Shown here piece by piece: positions 9,301-18,130 of a stretch of 64,000 nucleotides of DNA. The translations under genes were made by a program, and so were the position numbers. The notes below the pieces were generated by a model. It was not told the origin of the DNA. It saw only the letters and a program-made list of their open reading frames with translations, and ran no database searches. Position 1 is the stretch's first letter. Each line of letters begins with the position of its first letter. The DNA is taken from assembly GCA_043800255.1 (NCBI GenBank), contig JAZDNF010000006.1, forward strand, positions 1-64,000. Reading direction: 5' to 3'. This stretch comes from Candidatus Altiarchaeota archaeon. Its GTDB lineage: Archaea > Altiarchaeota > Altiarchaeia > IMC4 > SCGC-AAA252-I15.

Positions 9301-11731
9301 ATGATGTGGCTAAGCTTGCGCTGTTGGCCGCCCTGTAGGCGTCGTATACGTTTTCTGCCGTCTGGATATTGCCCCTCTTCAGCGCCGAGATGGTGCTGTC
9401 TGCGCCAAAGTCATTATACACTCCGCACAGTTGGAAGTCCCACACTGGGCCCCGGTATTCATGGGAGTTGGTGACGTTGTCCCCGTCCGTGTCCTCCAGG
9501 TTCGAGATGTCAAGATCCCAACCCCAATTATTATAGTGTGTGGAGCCTCTCGCGATGCATGATGCATAACTCGCCCAGTTCTCTTCAACAGGTTCGTATT
9601 TGTTCTTCCAGTCCCCTGTCTGCGATATGTGGTGGCCGTACTCGTGCTCGACGTCGTCTGTCGTGTCCCTGTCATGCCACATGGTGATGTGGGGGATAAG
9701 CGCGCAGGATGTTGGAACCCCACCGCAGGCGGCATTATCGTTGTTGTTCACCTCAACAAAGATGGTCTCCTTCGTCTCCATGTTCCGGTTCTTGAAATAA
9801 TTGTAGATTCCTATCAGCCTTTCCAAGGCTGAGATCGAGTCATGGACTGCGTATGTGATGTCCCTGCCCAGGAAATCAGCATTCTTCTTTAATGTGCCGG
9901 AATTGCCAGTCGCCCAGTACGCAACAGCGTTGGCTCTCTTGGCGAACGCAACCCCCCACTGGCTGTCATCGTACATCTCGAACACTATCTTCTCCATGTC
10001 CCTCTCAGGCGACCATTTTACTAGGGAGAGTGTCCTGAACTGCTTGTCTTCGACCATGAACTCCATGTTCGTGCTGAAACAGTAATCGCCCTGCTTGTCT
10101 GTGAAAGTGTCCATGTGATAAATCCAGGCCGCTGCATCGTTCTGCTGCTCGTATCTTACGTTAACGTTCGCGAAACCCGAGCCGTCGTTCTTCTTCACCG
10201 TGCCGCATATCCTGTGGCTTTCGGCATCGTTGTTGTTCTCCTTCAACTCCCTGATATTGTTGTCAGGGTCGACCTGGACTTTTATCACATCCAGGAAGTC
10301 AGGGTCGTTCTCGCCGCCGCGCCACGTCCCATACCAGCTTATGGTCGTCTGGGCCGAGCCATGCGCGGCAATGGAAGCTATAGTCTTCGTTTCGGCCCCG
10401 TACGCCCCAAAGGGCGCTTTTTTCGAAATCTTGACGTTAACGTTCCTTGCGGTGACGTTCCCCTCGTTCCTTACCGTGACTGTGACTGTTATCGGACCAG
10501 ACCGCTTGGCAGGCTTGGATAGGGTTATGTCCTTGTCCGTGACATTGAGATCAGGCTCTCCGACTGTTATCTCGACCTCGTCCATCTTCTCGTAGCTGTT
10601 GACTGTAGGCCAGCACGCGAAGCCTGAGTTGCAGGAGCGTCCGACGACCCTCACAGTGTAGGCGTCGTCTGTCTGCTGCGGAGGCTCTGGTATCTCGGTG
10701 GAGAATGTTCGAGTATAGGTTGCAAGACTATGGTAAAATGATGCGCTGTAAAGCATCCTCCAGTCTGACTCAGAAGGGTATTTGCCATATGCCCTGAAAT
10801 AGAATGTCGGGCAGTAGAACGTTGTAGTGTAAGTGTAACTGATCGTTACGCTATCGCCCGGAGTCGCTGAGCTGGGGCCGCTTGCCGACAGGTAGCTTAT
10901 ATGATAGCCTGCCGCAATGTTGGCTGCGACACTTTTCTCGGTCAGAACAACCCTGCCGCCCCTGTCTTCCACATACTGGAGAAAGGAATCCAGAACGGAG
11001 AGTCTCTCGTAATTCGACCCTGCTATGGAAGGATGCACTACAACCGCTCTGGCCTCTTTTATCTCCTTCTGGTCGAATTCCGCCTTTAGGAACTGGAGGA
11101 AATCCTCGGGAGTGAAGCCCAGGTTGCCTAGTATGACTTTGTCGTCAAGCGGTACCTCGCCAAATAATGTTTTCGCCTCTGCTATCGGCACCACAGTGAC
11201 GCCGTCGAATTCTATTGGATACACTATCCTGCCGCGCCTGACGCAGTACTCGCACTTGAACCCGGAATCAACAGGATGGAATCCTGTCTCGGAGCTGACG
11301 CCCAGAATCCTCAAAGCATCGAGGAGACTTAGGATGTCAGTATAACTGGACTCGTATGACACTGACTTGTAGTGTAGCCGCCCGACATCTGCCGGAGCTA
11401 GTATCTCTTTCAGAAGGTTTAAAGTGCTGTTGAGACTCTCGACTTTCCCGTCAAGAGAGTAGCTCAACATGTCGTCAGAACCCAGAACTGCAATCTGATG
11501 GCCTCTTTCATGTAGGTCTAACACAGTCTCAGGATACGCCAGCATAAGTTCATCGGTCATATAGACTGTGACAATCCAGCCGCGGTCCTCTATCGGCTTC
11601 AGGACACTGTCAAGAAGGCGCAAATCCTGCTCAGTCTGCACGTCAACCTGGAGGATGACATACTTCTGCTCCTGAGCGCTGACGCTGCTGATAAGGCAGA
11701 ATAATGCGACGAACAGTATACCCCTCTTCAT
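3395..11731 (-). CDS. Giant secreted multidomain surface protein (NodB-like deacetylase, CARDB, HEXXH metallopeptidase, five Ig-like repeats, carboxypeptidase-regulatory-like repeats, NosD/right-handed beta-helix)
   Basis: Signal peptide MKRGILFVALF…SAQ (ATG 11731); VDPDNNIRELKENNN CARDB motif; VEHEYGHH; repeats ending (S/N)Y(N/S)YTxF; GIYLYYSNxN beta-helix repeats; Thr linker; C-terminal LVSGWNLISTP; many NxS/T sites. Confidence 0.85.
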   Translation of the reverse strand: MKRGILFVALFCLISSVSAQEQKYVILQVDVQTEQDLRLLDSVLKPIEDRGWIVTVYMTDELMLAYPETVLDLHERGHQIAVLGSDDMLSYSLDGKVESLNSTLNLLKEILAPADVGRLHYKSVSYESSYTDILSLLDALRILGVSSETGFHPVDSGFKCEYCVRRGRIVYPIEFDGVTVVPIAEAKTLFGEVPLDDKVILGNLGFTPEDFLQFLKAEFDQKEIKEARAVVVHPSIAGSNYERLSVLDSFLQYVEDRGGRVVLTEKSVAANIAAGYHISYLSASGPSSATPGDSVTISYTYTTTFYCPTFYFRAYGKYPSESDWRMLYSASFYHSLATYTRTFSTEIPEPPQQTDDAYTVRVVGRSCNSGFACWPTVNSYEKMDEVEITVGEPDLNVTDKDITLSKPAKRSGPITVTVTVRNEGNVTARNVNVKISKKAPFGAYGAETKTIASIAAHGSAQTTISWYGTWRGGENDPDFLDVIKVQVDPDNNIRELKENNNDAESHRICGTVKKNDGSGFANVNVRYEQQNDAAAWIYHMDTFTDKQGDYCFSTNMEFMVEDKQFRTLSLVKWSPERDMEKIVFEMYDDSQWGVAFAKRANAVAYWATGNSGTLKKNADFLGRDITYAVHDSISALERLIGIYNYFKNRNMETKETIFVEVNNNDNAACGGVPTSCALIPHITMWHDRDTTDDVEHEYGHHISQTGDWKNKYEPVEENWASYASCIARGSTHYNNWGWDLDISNLEDTDGDNVTNSHEYRGPVWDFQLCGVYNDFGADSTISALKRGNIQTAENVYDAYRAANSASLATSYQYKTIFRRHGFDSWWWWPWGAGSSPPLKSVASVSGFTGAFSDSRIDSNSDGIGEALNVTAQANVTVAGNYTFSGFLYDGRNSSYCYASSDLSLTTGVQSLSLMFSGTCIYSNMLNGTLQLTQAYLDYQNGTNSAAFTSGYNTSAYNYTSFSYPSVFYTGAESDSGVDNNSNTKYDLLSMYLGLNISVQGNYSVQGILYDTTGNVTDSTSTQVYSASGILNVSLNFSGQAIRAGGVNGPYNMSLTVYDISNGSLQVYAYPSRIRTSSYNYTDFDSNSVGFNSNVTAYAIDANNNSLYDYLILNLSVNTTIGEEYTVLGAITNSSGDVIATSDNSTNSSLSVQQLQLSFKCKDIRNATLNGPYNITLELKDGYVLTSLGSSTVARYVYSTSSYNYTQFDAYAAEFFSVNYSSALSNLVSSKYQYLNVTLNFTSVLSDTYSFEGRLYSSTGTLLARASTSSLGSATFRSIQLGFSGGDIYARMTNGPYNLTLLVSDGNNNLVAEYGSVHITSNYSYTQFSPHDSYPNGTYLNSGSDSNGDGFFDYLNIDVALTIGLYGNYYITALVSDENGTGVATAANHSTLSAGTSWLRLPFDGLTLREEGRNTYYALSRLTMYVNSSGETVELYNLYNTSSYNYTQFNPGGSIYGRITYANGSGVNGSLVTASGSASKTAYTNASGDYNITGLVTSNYTVTAHPPSGGNFRRNSTTVYVNGTQASNANLSLSQGATVTGFILDEDGNPAANVSVSVFGALTVYGSSSANGSYIIIGLADGDNNITVTPAASANLNWSSNNFTISSGQTVTVNFTLARKGSISGYVFDYNGDPVPYPLLHTLYYFLGVTSEDPKFTGEANGSFLLTGLDNDTYPYYPNAANNTYNIQVNPPAGLELLNITESVYVIPGQTAYRNFTLPRSGSVIGLVLDANGDPIEGANLSLLSGSTTISSATAGSAGNYTLTQLNTGTYTVQLDYPTTPTQWLVFVNGVYQTYDNNVQITGVANQTVYVNFTLNVPSGDWRTQGVVSGSSNCTDETVTMAGSILATSGNSLTAVNCTLVLNGTSDGQFGITVENGAAMNFTNSTIRSSNSSIAYTFRAMPGSALTIRDSTISGVGYSAGSYSGYGIYISSGNAVIERNNVSGNYYGVILYYANNSQVNNNTIRDSLYNGIYTYYSNNNTIRHNTIRNSSFDDGISVYAGNNNTIQNNIVENNSQNGVYIYYGEWNNVSNNTLRYNNRGIYLSSADYTDASFNIVENSDTDGIYVSADHVTLLNNTIRNSGAYGIYLYGASLGTLSYNALEDSGSAGLYVESSASSDYNHTIDRFNTVNGKQVRYYYGQNNQVLQGRYVGHLGIAFSSNITATNNNLTDADGAVIYRNSYNSTISNSDMNNARMGVRIIYSDYNTVFSNNIRNSSADGVYLYYSNSNNVSGNNISMSPEDGIDSDTSSNNSMAGNRVEHSGYDGISLSSSANNRLEDNTVYNSTGEGIYVYSSNNNNLTANTVYNNSEEGAYLYASINCNLSGNNFSKNDWNLRLDGGSFAYYNHSIGTSNTVNGRPVYYYFNTSGVTLNGVAAGHIAFAYSNLNTVSGNVIADGDGIILYYSSGNNTILNNNVTWSKYGIYNYYSDYNNISNNFLCGSTEYDIYDYYYTESSGDDNTCTTRYTWSDVGMTSSCTANCSGYTTTTTTSSTTTTINATTTTSLPYVVQVSLEQPASSLTDYDGNLFIKYRASQKASVVNCSLYTNMSGTWAATNTTVSVLNNQVNGFYLADMANGTFRWNVLCADLWENERFSAVDRILTVNRTSSDTVNTQLNVTVNETGRVNLTTGTNVTLDMVMNSTVSNGRVMVTSSRNSTTNGTFSVPSLNRFISIDASPEVTNSLSWAYLRVYYSEAEVNASNMNETDLALYWYNGSIGNWQELTTDLGWVYDEGVNTTADYLYANVTHFSEYTLAQSSTQATNLVSISLVSGWNLISTPLNI

Positions 11732-11823
11732 GATACCCCAACCCAAGTAGATTAAAGCTGTTACAATTATTCTGTCGAAAAGTATAAAAATACACGTTAA
11801 GGGCGCGGCAGATGGTATGCGCG

Positions 11824-12366
11824 TCAGTCGATGACAAAAAACGGGGACTTGTATCCCCTATACTCCCTTCTCATGTACCTGTCCAAGTCGATCAGCCACT
11901 GCGCCAGCATAATCTCTGACTTATGCACGTCCTCTAACTTACCTCTCACACCGAGCTCATAATAGGATCTCTTGCCCATGTCTTTTCCCTCCCGTATGAA
12001 GAACCCCCCCTTCTGCATGTCTGGTGGGACCCCCTCCATAACCTCCTCAACCGGAACGCCCCGTATACCCTCCAAGCGGTACCTCAGCACAGCCTCGTCA
12101 CCCTCCCGCTCAAAGACCACCCGCTCGCTGCTGTTAGGGTCATTATACAAGAACCTCGGAACCCTCTTAGCAATGTAAGAGGGAATCTGATACCTGTACG
12201 GTTTACCGGGTGTGACGACTCTCGGAGGCTCATCCAGCAAGGGGGAGGGTAAAACCGGTCCCGAACCCTTGCGTATGAGGATGGTCTTGACCTCGACTAA
12301 TTTGCCGTCTAACGTCTCAACAAAGTCTCCAACATAGGGTTTCTTCGACTCCGGAGTCTTGTGCAT
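11824..12366 (-). CDS. Hypothetical protein
   Basis: 180-aa ORF with ATG filling the intergenic space; no recognised motif. Confidence 0.6.
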   Translation of the reverse strand: MHKTPESKKPYVGDFVETLDGKLVEVKTILIRKGSGPVLPSPLLDEPPRVVTPGKPYRYQIPSYIAKRVPRFLYNDPNSSERVVFEREGDEAVLRYRLEGIRGVPVEEVMEGVPPDMQKGGFFIREGKDMGKRSYYELGVRGKLEDVHKSEIMLAQWLIDLDRYMRREYRGYKSPFFVID

Positions 12367-12397
12367 AGGATAGAATAGGGAACCAAGAAAGAAATAC

Positions 12398-12670
12398 TTA
12401 CAGCCTGTTGACGTCGATTACCGTCACTTCAGCGACACCAGGTATGTTAGAAATCTCCTTCTCCAGCTTGTCAGTGCCGCCTTTAGAATCATCCAATAGT
12501 ATCGTGACCTCAAGAGAGCTTAACCCGAAAGCTATCGGCTTAATCTCAGAACTGTGGAATTTCCCAACCCGGTTGACGAGTGGAATGACCTTCTCCCTGA
12601 TCTTTCCCAAGTCGGTTTTGACGCCTTCAGGCATCAGATTAAGCTTGGCAACTACGTTATAGTCGGTCAT
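12398..12670 (-). CDS. ef1b: Elongation factor 1-beta
   Basis: LMPEGVKTDL…KPIAFGLSSLEV…GGTD signature; 90 aa. Confidence 0.95.
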   Translation of the reverse strand: MTDYNVVAKLNLMPEGVKTDLGKIREKVIPLVNRVGKFHSSEIKPIAFGLSSLEVTILLDDSKGGTDKLEKEISNIPGVAEVTVIDVNRL

Positions 12671-13203
12671 TTCTTGATGTCAGAAACCTCGATCCTCATG
12701 TTAGCCGGGAGCTTGTGCATCGCGCCCCTGAGAGCCTTCCTAGCGCTCATGATCATCTGGTCGTCCTTGTTAACGTATACGGTCATTATAGGCTGACCAG
12801 GATATATTCTGGCAGCCCTCCCCATCGGCTTCCCGAATGATTTGCGCATGCCGTCCTGGACCCTGTCGGCGCCTGCGCCGGTCGCCATAACGTTCTCCCG
12901 TATCACATGATGGGGGAACACGTTAATCTTGAAGTAGTAGTTTGACACTCCAATCACCTTTTCAAGAATCCTCTGGGCGGATATCCTCGCAGCATCCAGT
13001 GAGTTGTGCCGTATTATTATGCGCCCCTTGGGGATGATAGACAGCTTAACATTGAAGTCACCCTTCGAGTTGCCCATATCGTAGGTGTTCAGTTTCGGAG
13101 TTGGGATGCCCGTTATGAAAGAGTCCCCAGGGTTGTCTGAAGTCCTAGTGTACGCTGGACTGTCCCACCTATAGCATTTCGCCGGTCGTAAACCTTTAGC
13201 CAT
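12667..13203 (-). CDS. rpl10e: 50S ribosomal protein uL16 (L10e)
   Basis: RPAKCYR…PAYTR; FPHHVIRENVMATGAGADRVQDGMRKSFGKP. Confidence 0.97.
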   Translation of the reverse strand: MAKGLRPAKCYRWDSPAYTRTSDNPGDSFITGIPTPKLNTYDMGNSKGDFNVKLSIIPKGRIIIRHNSLDAARISAQRILEKVIGVSNYYFKINVFPHHVIRENVMATGAGADRVQDGMRKSFGKPMGRAARIYPGQPIMTVYVNKDDQMIMSARKALRGAMHKLPANMRIEVSDIKK

Positions 13204-13241
13204 TCTAGATGTTCTATTAATACAGATTCAATGCTTAAAAA

Positions 13242-14069
13242 CTATGATACCAGCCTCTCAATGGGCAGAACCAGTATGTCCTTGCACCCTATCATCTTCA
13301 GCTTTTTGATGGTTGCGAACACCTTGTCCTCGTCGACCACAGAGTGGACTGCCACGAAGTTCCCGTCAGCCAAGTCCATGACCGTGGGACTCTGCATACC
13401 AGGGATTATCTTCTCGACCTTGGCCAGGTTCTTCCGGGGGACGTTTACCATTAGGTACCTCTTGCTCTGTGCGTTTATGACGCTGGAAAGCGAGACCGCC
13501 ATGTTATCGTTCCTGTAGCTTTTGTTGGATATGAGAACAGCCTCGCTGTCCATTATCGTGTCGATTATCTTCAGATTGTTCAACTCCAGAGTGGTTCCAG
13601 TGCTGACTAAATCCACTATCATGTCGGCAACTCCGAGATAGGGTGTGACCTCCGTCGCCCCTGACACCGTCACAATCTCCACCTTCTTGCCAAGCTGCTT
13701 GAAGTATTTCGCAGTCAGCTTCGGGAACTCAGTCGCGACCTTGACTCCGACTTTGACGTCCTTCGGCGACCTCAACCCAAGATTCTTCGGAGCCGCCAGA
13801 ACAAGACGAGTCCTGCCGAAACCCAGCTTCAAGGAAACCCTGACGTCAGCCCCAGTCTCCTCCACCAAATCCAGTCCAGTTATTCCAAGTTCCGCGGCAC
13901 CGTCCCTGACGAGCTCAGGAATGTCCTGAGTCCTCACAAACAGCACCTCGATGTCCTTGTACCGTGAGACCAGCTTCCTGCTGGAGTCCACCCTAATGCC
14001 GGCCTTGTTCAAAAGCTCGACCACCGGCCCGTTCAGCCTACCCTTATTCGGAACCGCGATTTTGACCAT
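13242..14069 (-). CDS. hisG: ATP phosphoribosyltransferase (long form)
   Basis: IAVPNKGRL, GITGLDLVEE, IVDLVSTGTTL, C-terminal PGMQSPTV regulatory domain. Confidence 0.97.
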   Translation of the reverse strand: MVKIAVPNKGRLNGPVVELLNKAGIRVDSSRKLVSRYKDIEVLFVRTQDIPELVRDGAAELGITGLDLVEETGADVRVSLKLGFGRTRLVLAAPKNLGLRSPKDVKVGVKVATEFPKLTAKYFKQLGKKVEIVTVSGATEVTPYLGVADMIVDLVSTGTTLELNNLKIIDTIMDSEAVLISNKSYRNDNMAVSLSSVINAQSKRYLMVNVPRKNLAKVEKIIPGMQSPTVMDLADGNFVAVHSVVDEDKVFATIKKLKMIGCKDILVLPIERLVS

Positions 14070-14141
14070 CTTCGTTCTTAATCAAAAGTATTATTCGAAT
14101 AAATAGCCAGTATTTTATGATAAAATGCCCCATAGTAACAC

Positions 14142-16673
14142 ATGAGCCAGGGGAACGGGGAAAAGGTGAAAAGCAGGCCTACAACCCCGAAAAAACAAGA
14201 ACAACCTGAAGTCAAAAGCATAGAGCCGAAAAGAATAGAGACGACACAGGACCCTAAGTTCGCATACTCTGAAATCAACGGCATCAAAGTCTTCGGCCCA
14301 AACCCTGTGGAAACCGATGAGAAAGGAGATTTTGTCCACAATTCCACAGTATTCCCCGACGACGGCGTAATAGTGACCTCTCCCAGGATGCACGCCTACC
14401 AAATCCTTAGATATGCGGATTTCCTAGCAGGACAGAGCGGACGACGTCCAGAAGAGGAGGAGAGTAGATTCGCAAACCAGACAGTAAGATGCTTCACGAG
14501 AGGCAAGAAGTATTATATCAGGGTAGAAGAGGAAACTCCGGAGTCGATAGGAAAGTATGCAGCAGCAGCCGAATTATTAGAGAATTTCGTCGAGCCGACA
14601 TCCATAAAGTTCACGGAAATCAGGGATCAGTCGGTTAGAGAGCAATTCAAACGGAGGGGAAAGTACCATCTCGTCGCCCCGGAGCCGATGACAGACGAGG
14701 CTATCAGAGACTACACTGGACACGCTTACGTTCACCTGAATACGGCAAACAGGTACTATCACATGGACTCTGGCGAGCGGCTTCTGACTCCGTCAGAGTT
14801 TGAAAAGATCAGGAGAGACGTAGGAGACAGGGAGAAATTCCTGGGCAGACTCCATGAGATTGTGCAACTAAACGCCGATAAAAAATTACACGAACGGGGA
14901 GAGGTTGAACTTTACAACGTGGACGAACACAGATTCAGCATCCAAAAGGACATCAAAGGGTTTCTTGATATTGCTGAAAAAATCGATGAAACCGGATGGG
15001 ATAAAAGCGACATAAGAACGAAATTCGAATCCCTCGTCGACAGGTTCAGAAATGCCACAAACCCGGAGGACAGGAAAGACAGCATCAACAGCGCAGGATG
15101 GCGTAACAGGATGTACGCCAAACTCAAGGGAATGCCCGGCGAGGAATACCCGACCATGCGCCTTACTCCCGCCCTTTTCATGTACCTAGAATGGTATCCT
15201 GGAGCCGAGATTAAGGACAATAAGATGACATACGACCCAAAGGTCAAACCCGTTGCAAGGGAGATTATAGAACACTTCCATGGCAGATTCCCAAACCTCG
15301 AATACGTCAACATAGGACGCATAAAACACAAACTCGTGGAAGAGACGAAGGTCAGAAGGCCTGGCAGGGAAGTATACCTTGTAATGTTGAGAAACAAGGG
15401 GGAGAAGGAGGAGAGAGCCTTCGAAGTGAGAGAGCAGAAAGTCGATGTGAAATCGATAATCGGCGGATTCCTGAAGGAGGGCAGGATAACCGAAGAAGAC
15501 ATCAGAAACGAAACAGAACAGTATAAACAGTGCCTGAAGGAAGCGCAAAAGAAGTCGCTGGCTTATAAGAACTACGTAAACAACAGGATCATAATCAACA
15601 ACATGCTGGGCATGAGAATGCAAACGCCAGAGCCGTTAAGCCTTGAGAACAGCGAAGAGTACTTTATCTGGAAGTTCATACCAGGCATCGAAACCTCAAG
15701 CATCCCGTCAGTCTACTTCGGAGACAAGAGCTGCGTAACGGAGTCTGCAGTTCAGATGGGAAGGGTTGCCGCAATAAACATGATAACCGGCAGGCGCATG
15801 TTCGACATGGGCACAGAAGTCGCGTCGTTCTCGAAAAGGTTTCTCTCACGCGGACAAAAGCCGGGCGAGATCATGATCGTCGAGCCGGTTACAACGCTCG
15901 AGGAATTAGACAAAAGATTAGACGACCCCGCAAACACGGAGATATACGCCCAAAGCCTCAAAAGAATCCTTTCAAAAGCCGGCGGCGAAGGTCTCGGCGA
16001 CAGAGAGTTCGACGAGATAAAAGGAGCGTTCTACTCGTCCCTTGGGAGAACGTATAATACCATCCGCAACAATTACCTGAAGAATCGTGACGAGTGGAGG
16101 AACCTGTTCGCAAATGTCGAGAAGGACGAGTATGACATACACAACAAATGGCTGAAAGTCCTCGACAGGCTTGAAAAGCACGACGACCCTAGAACTATTA
16201 CAAGAGCGACAGAACAGTGCCTGCAGGAGATCGAGGACATCAGAAAAGTAGAAGCCGGCGAAGGACTCAAGTGGGAGAAGATAGAGAGAGGATACGGGAT
16301 GACGGGAAAACTCGTCAACCAGGCCGGCTTGCACGGCAGACCAGCCAAGACGGTCGCGGCGGCGGTGAAACACTACAAGAACGCTGACAAAAGCCTTGAC
16401 GTGCAAGTCTACGACGACCGTGCTGGAAACTTCGTACCGGCAGAAAGCGTGATAAGTCTCCTCCTCATGGCAGCCACCAAGGGCACGGACCTGCATTTTC
16501 ACGCAACCTGCGACGACGAGAGGATAGCGAAGAGAGTCTTGAACGACATCGGCCACATGATCAACGTCGGGTTCCACGAAACCATGAACGAAAAAGGTTA
16601 CCCGCAATTCAACAGTGAAAAATTGGAGGAAGAGCTAGGCTACCAGCCAGGGGTTTTGAGGATAAAATCGTAG
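14142..16673 (+). CDS. Large unknown protein with C-terminal HPr phosphocarrier domain
   Basis: LVNQAGLHGRPA (His15 motif) and AESVISLLLMAATKGT (Ser46 motif) at ~16290-16580; ~700-aa N-terminal region unassigned. Confidence 0.75.
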   Translation: MSQGNGEKVKSRPTTPKKQEQPEVKSIEPKRIETTQDPKFAYSEINGIKVFGPNPVETDEKGDFVHNSTVFPDDGVIVTSPRMHAYQILRYADFLAGQSGRRPEEEESRFANQTVRCFTRGKKYYIRVEEETPESIGKYAAAAELLENFVEPTSIKFTEIRDQSVREQFKRRGKYHLVAPEPMTDEAIRDYTGHAYVHLNTANRYYHMDSGERLLTPSEFEKIRRDVGDREKFLGRLHEIVQLNADKKLHERGEVELYNVDEHRFSIQKDIKGFLDIAEKIDETGWDKSDIRTKFESLVDRFRNATNPEDRKDSINSAGWRNRMYAKLKGMPGEEYPTMRLTPALFMYLEWYPGAEIKDNKMTYDPKVKPVAREIIEHFHGRFPNLEYVNIGRIKHKLVEETKVRRPGREVYLVMLRNKGEKEERAFEVREQKVDVKSIIGGFLKEGRITEEDIRNETEQYKQCLKEAQKKSLAYKNYVNNRIIINNMLGMRMQTPEPLSLENSEEYFIWKFIPGIETSSIPSVYFGDKSCVTESAVQMGRVAAINMITGRRMFDMGTEVASFSKRFLSRGQKPGEIMIVEPVTTLEELDKRLDDPANTEIYAQSLKRILSKAGGEGLGDREFDEIKGAFYSSLGRTYNTIRNNYLKNRDEWRNLFANVEKDEYDIHNKWLKVLDRLEKHDDPRTITRATEQCLQEIEDIRKVEAGEGLKWEKIERGYGMTGKLVNQAGLHGRPAKTVAAAVKHYKNADKSLDVQVYDDRAGNFVPAESVISLLLMAATKGTDLHFHATCDDERIAKRVLNDIGHMINVGFHETMNEKGYPQFNSEKLEEELGYQPGVLRIKS

Positions 16674-16678
16674 GTTCG

Positions 16679-17794
16679 TCATTTCAAGGCCTTCAACAGA
16701 TCAGCAGAATCATACCTTAATAGGATGTCCCTGTTCCTGCCCCGCTCACCCGTCTTATAGGAAGTGTCTATCAGCTTGTAATGCTCCAGCTTCTGGATGA
16801 TCTGATTGTACTTTTTTATGCCGATTCTCGTGTCCCTGTTGAAGGCTTCGTAGATTTCGCCTGACGACTTTATGTCTGAGGAGGCTATCAGACGCAGAAG
16901 CTCCCCCTCCTCAGCATCCAATGCCCCGACGACCTTCTTAAGGCCGAGCAGCCTGGAACCCTTCTCAAACGCCTCCTCAACATGCTCCTTCGTAACCTTC
17001 TTCGAAGCCTTCGACTCCGCGAGGTATGCGCTCCTCCTCAGCAGGTCTATGCCAACCCTCAGATCACCCTGCGAGAACGTCTTCTCAACGACAATGTCCA
17101 GCACATTCTCGGATACCACGCCAGGATAGAAGCCGAACTTAGCTCGGTTGAGGAGTATCTCCCTGATCTCACTCACAGTATAAGGCTGGAAGAAAATCTC
17201 CTGCGGATTATAAACCGACTTCGTCTTCACATCCAACTGAGACATGTATTTTTCGTCTATCATGATCCCGATTATGCCGACCTTGTCGAAACCGTAGGAG
17301 CTGTGCGCCTTCAACAAGTCCAAGAGAACGCTGTCAACGTTCTTCTCCAAGAACAGGTTGTCGAACTCGTCCAATGCGACAGCCAGCGTCTTCTTCTCCG
17401 AAGTCAATTTCCTGAAAACCCTCTCCTTCACGGACTCCAGAGGCTTGCCGGTGTCAGGAGGACTGTGACCGAACACCTTCTCATGTATCTTAGAGAATAT
17501 GGAAAAGCGGGTGTGACAGTCCTCACAGTTGATGTAAACGGGAAGAAGCCGGGAAGTCTCCTCAGCGACCTGATTGAACAAGTATTTGATGGCAGTAGTC
17601 TTCCCCGTGCCCGGAGGCCCGTGGAGCAACGTATTCAAAGGGCTCACACCCCTCAGACCAGGCTTCAACGCAAGACTCAACCCCCCCAACTGGTCATCCC
17701 TGTGGATGAAATCCTCAGGAACATAGGACGGCGTGAAAACCTCCTCATCCTTGAAGAGCGTCTCATCCGACATGAGGAGTTTAGCCTTTTTCAC
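16679..17794 (-). CDS. cdc6: Cdc6/Orc1 replication initiator
   Basis: FIHRDDQL, GPPGTGKT Walker A, VALDEFD Walker B, GDLRVGIDLL, C-terminal winged helix. Confidence 0.95.
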   Translation of the reverse strand: MKKAKLLMSDETLFKDEEVFTPSYVPEDFIHRDDQLGGLSLALKPGLRGVSPLNTLLHGPPGTGKTTAIKYLFNQVAEETSRLLPVYINCEDCHTRFSIFSKIHEKVFGHSPPDTGKPLESVKERVFRKLTSEKKTLAVALDEFDNLFLEKNVDSVLLDLLKAHSSYGFDKVGIIGIMIDEKYMSQLDVKTKSVYNPQEIFFQPYTVSEIREILLNRAKFGFYPGVVSENVLDIVVEKTFSQGDLRVGIDLLRRSAYLAESKASKKVTKEHVEEAFEKGSRLLGLKKVVGALDAEEGELLRLIASSDIKSSGEIYEAFNRDTRIGIKKYNQIIQKLEHYKLIDTSYKTGERGRNRDILLRYDSADLLKALK

Positions 17795-18130
17795 CTTAGA
17801 TATTGGGGGGTGGCATTATTTAACAGGGCGCAAGTTAAAAAAAAAGGTTAGGGTATGAGGGACTAGTGTATTAGGGTTACACTCAACCATTTCGGTCTGA
17901 AGCCGAGGTTTCTTTTGACGTAGAGGCTGTGGTAGTCCTTAAGCCGCACGTCCAAATTCTGGTCCTTTACCCGTCCTATACAAGGTGCCTTTTGTATCAT
18001 TTTGTCCTTCATACCCTTGATCCAAGTGGATTGTGAGAACCCCAACCACCCGGGAGGCATTATAGTCTTCGATTGGGCAGTATATACTGCTTGGGTGAGA
18101 GAGCGGGGGAAAAGTAATCTGCGGACATAT

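Noticed and set aside
16982-17851. 289-aa plus-strand ORF
   Set aside because: Antisense shadow of cdc6
17863-18060. 65-aa ORF upstream of cdc6
   Set aside because: No recognisable family or clear RBS; region may be non-coding
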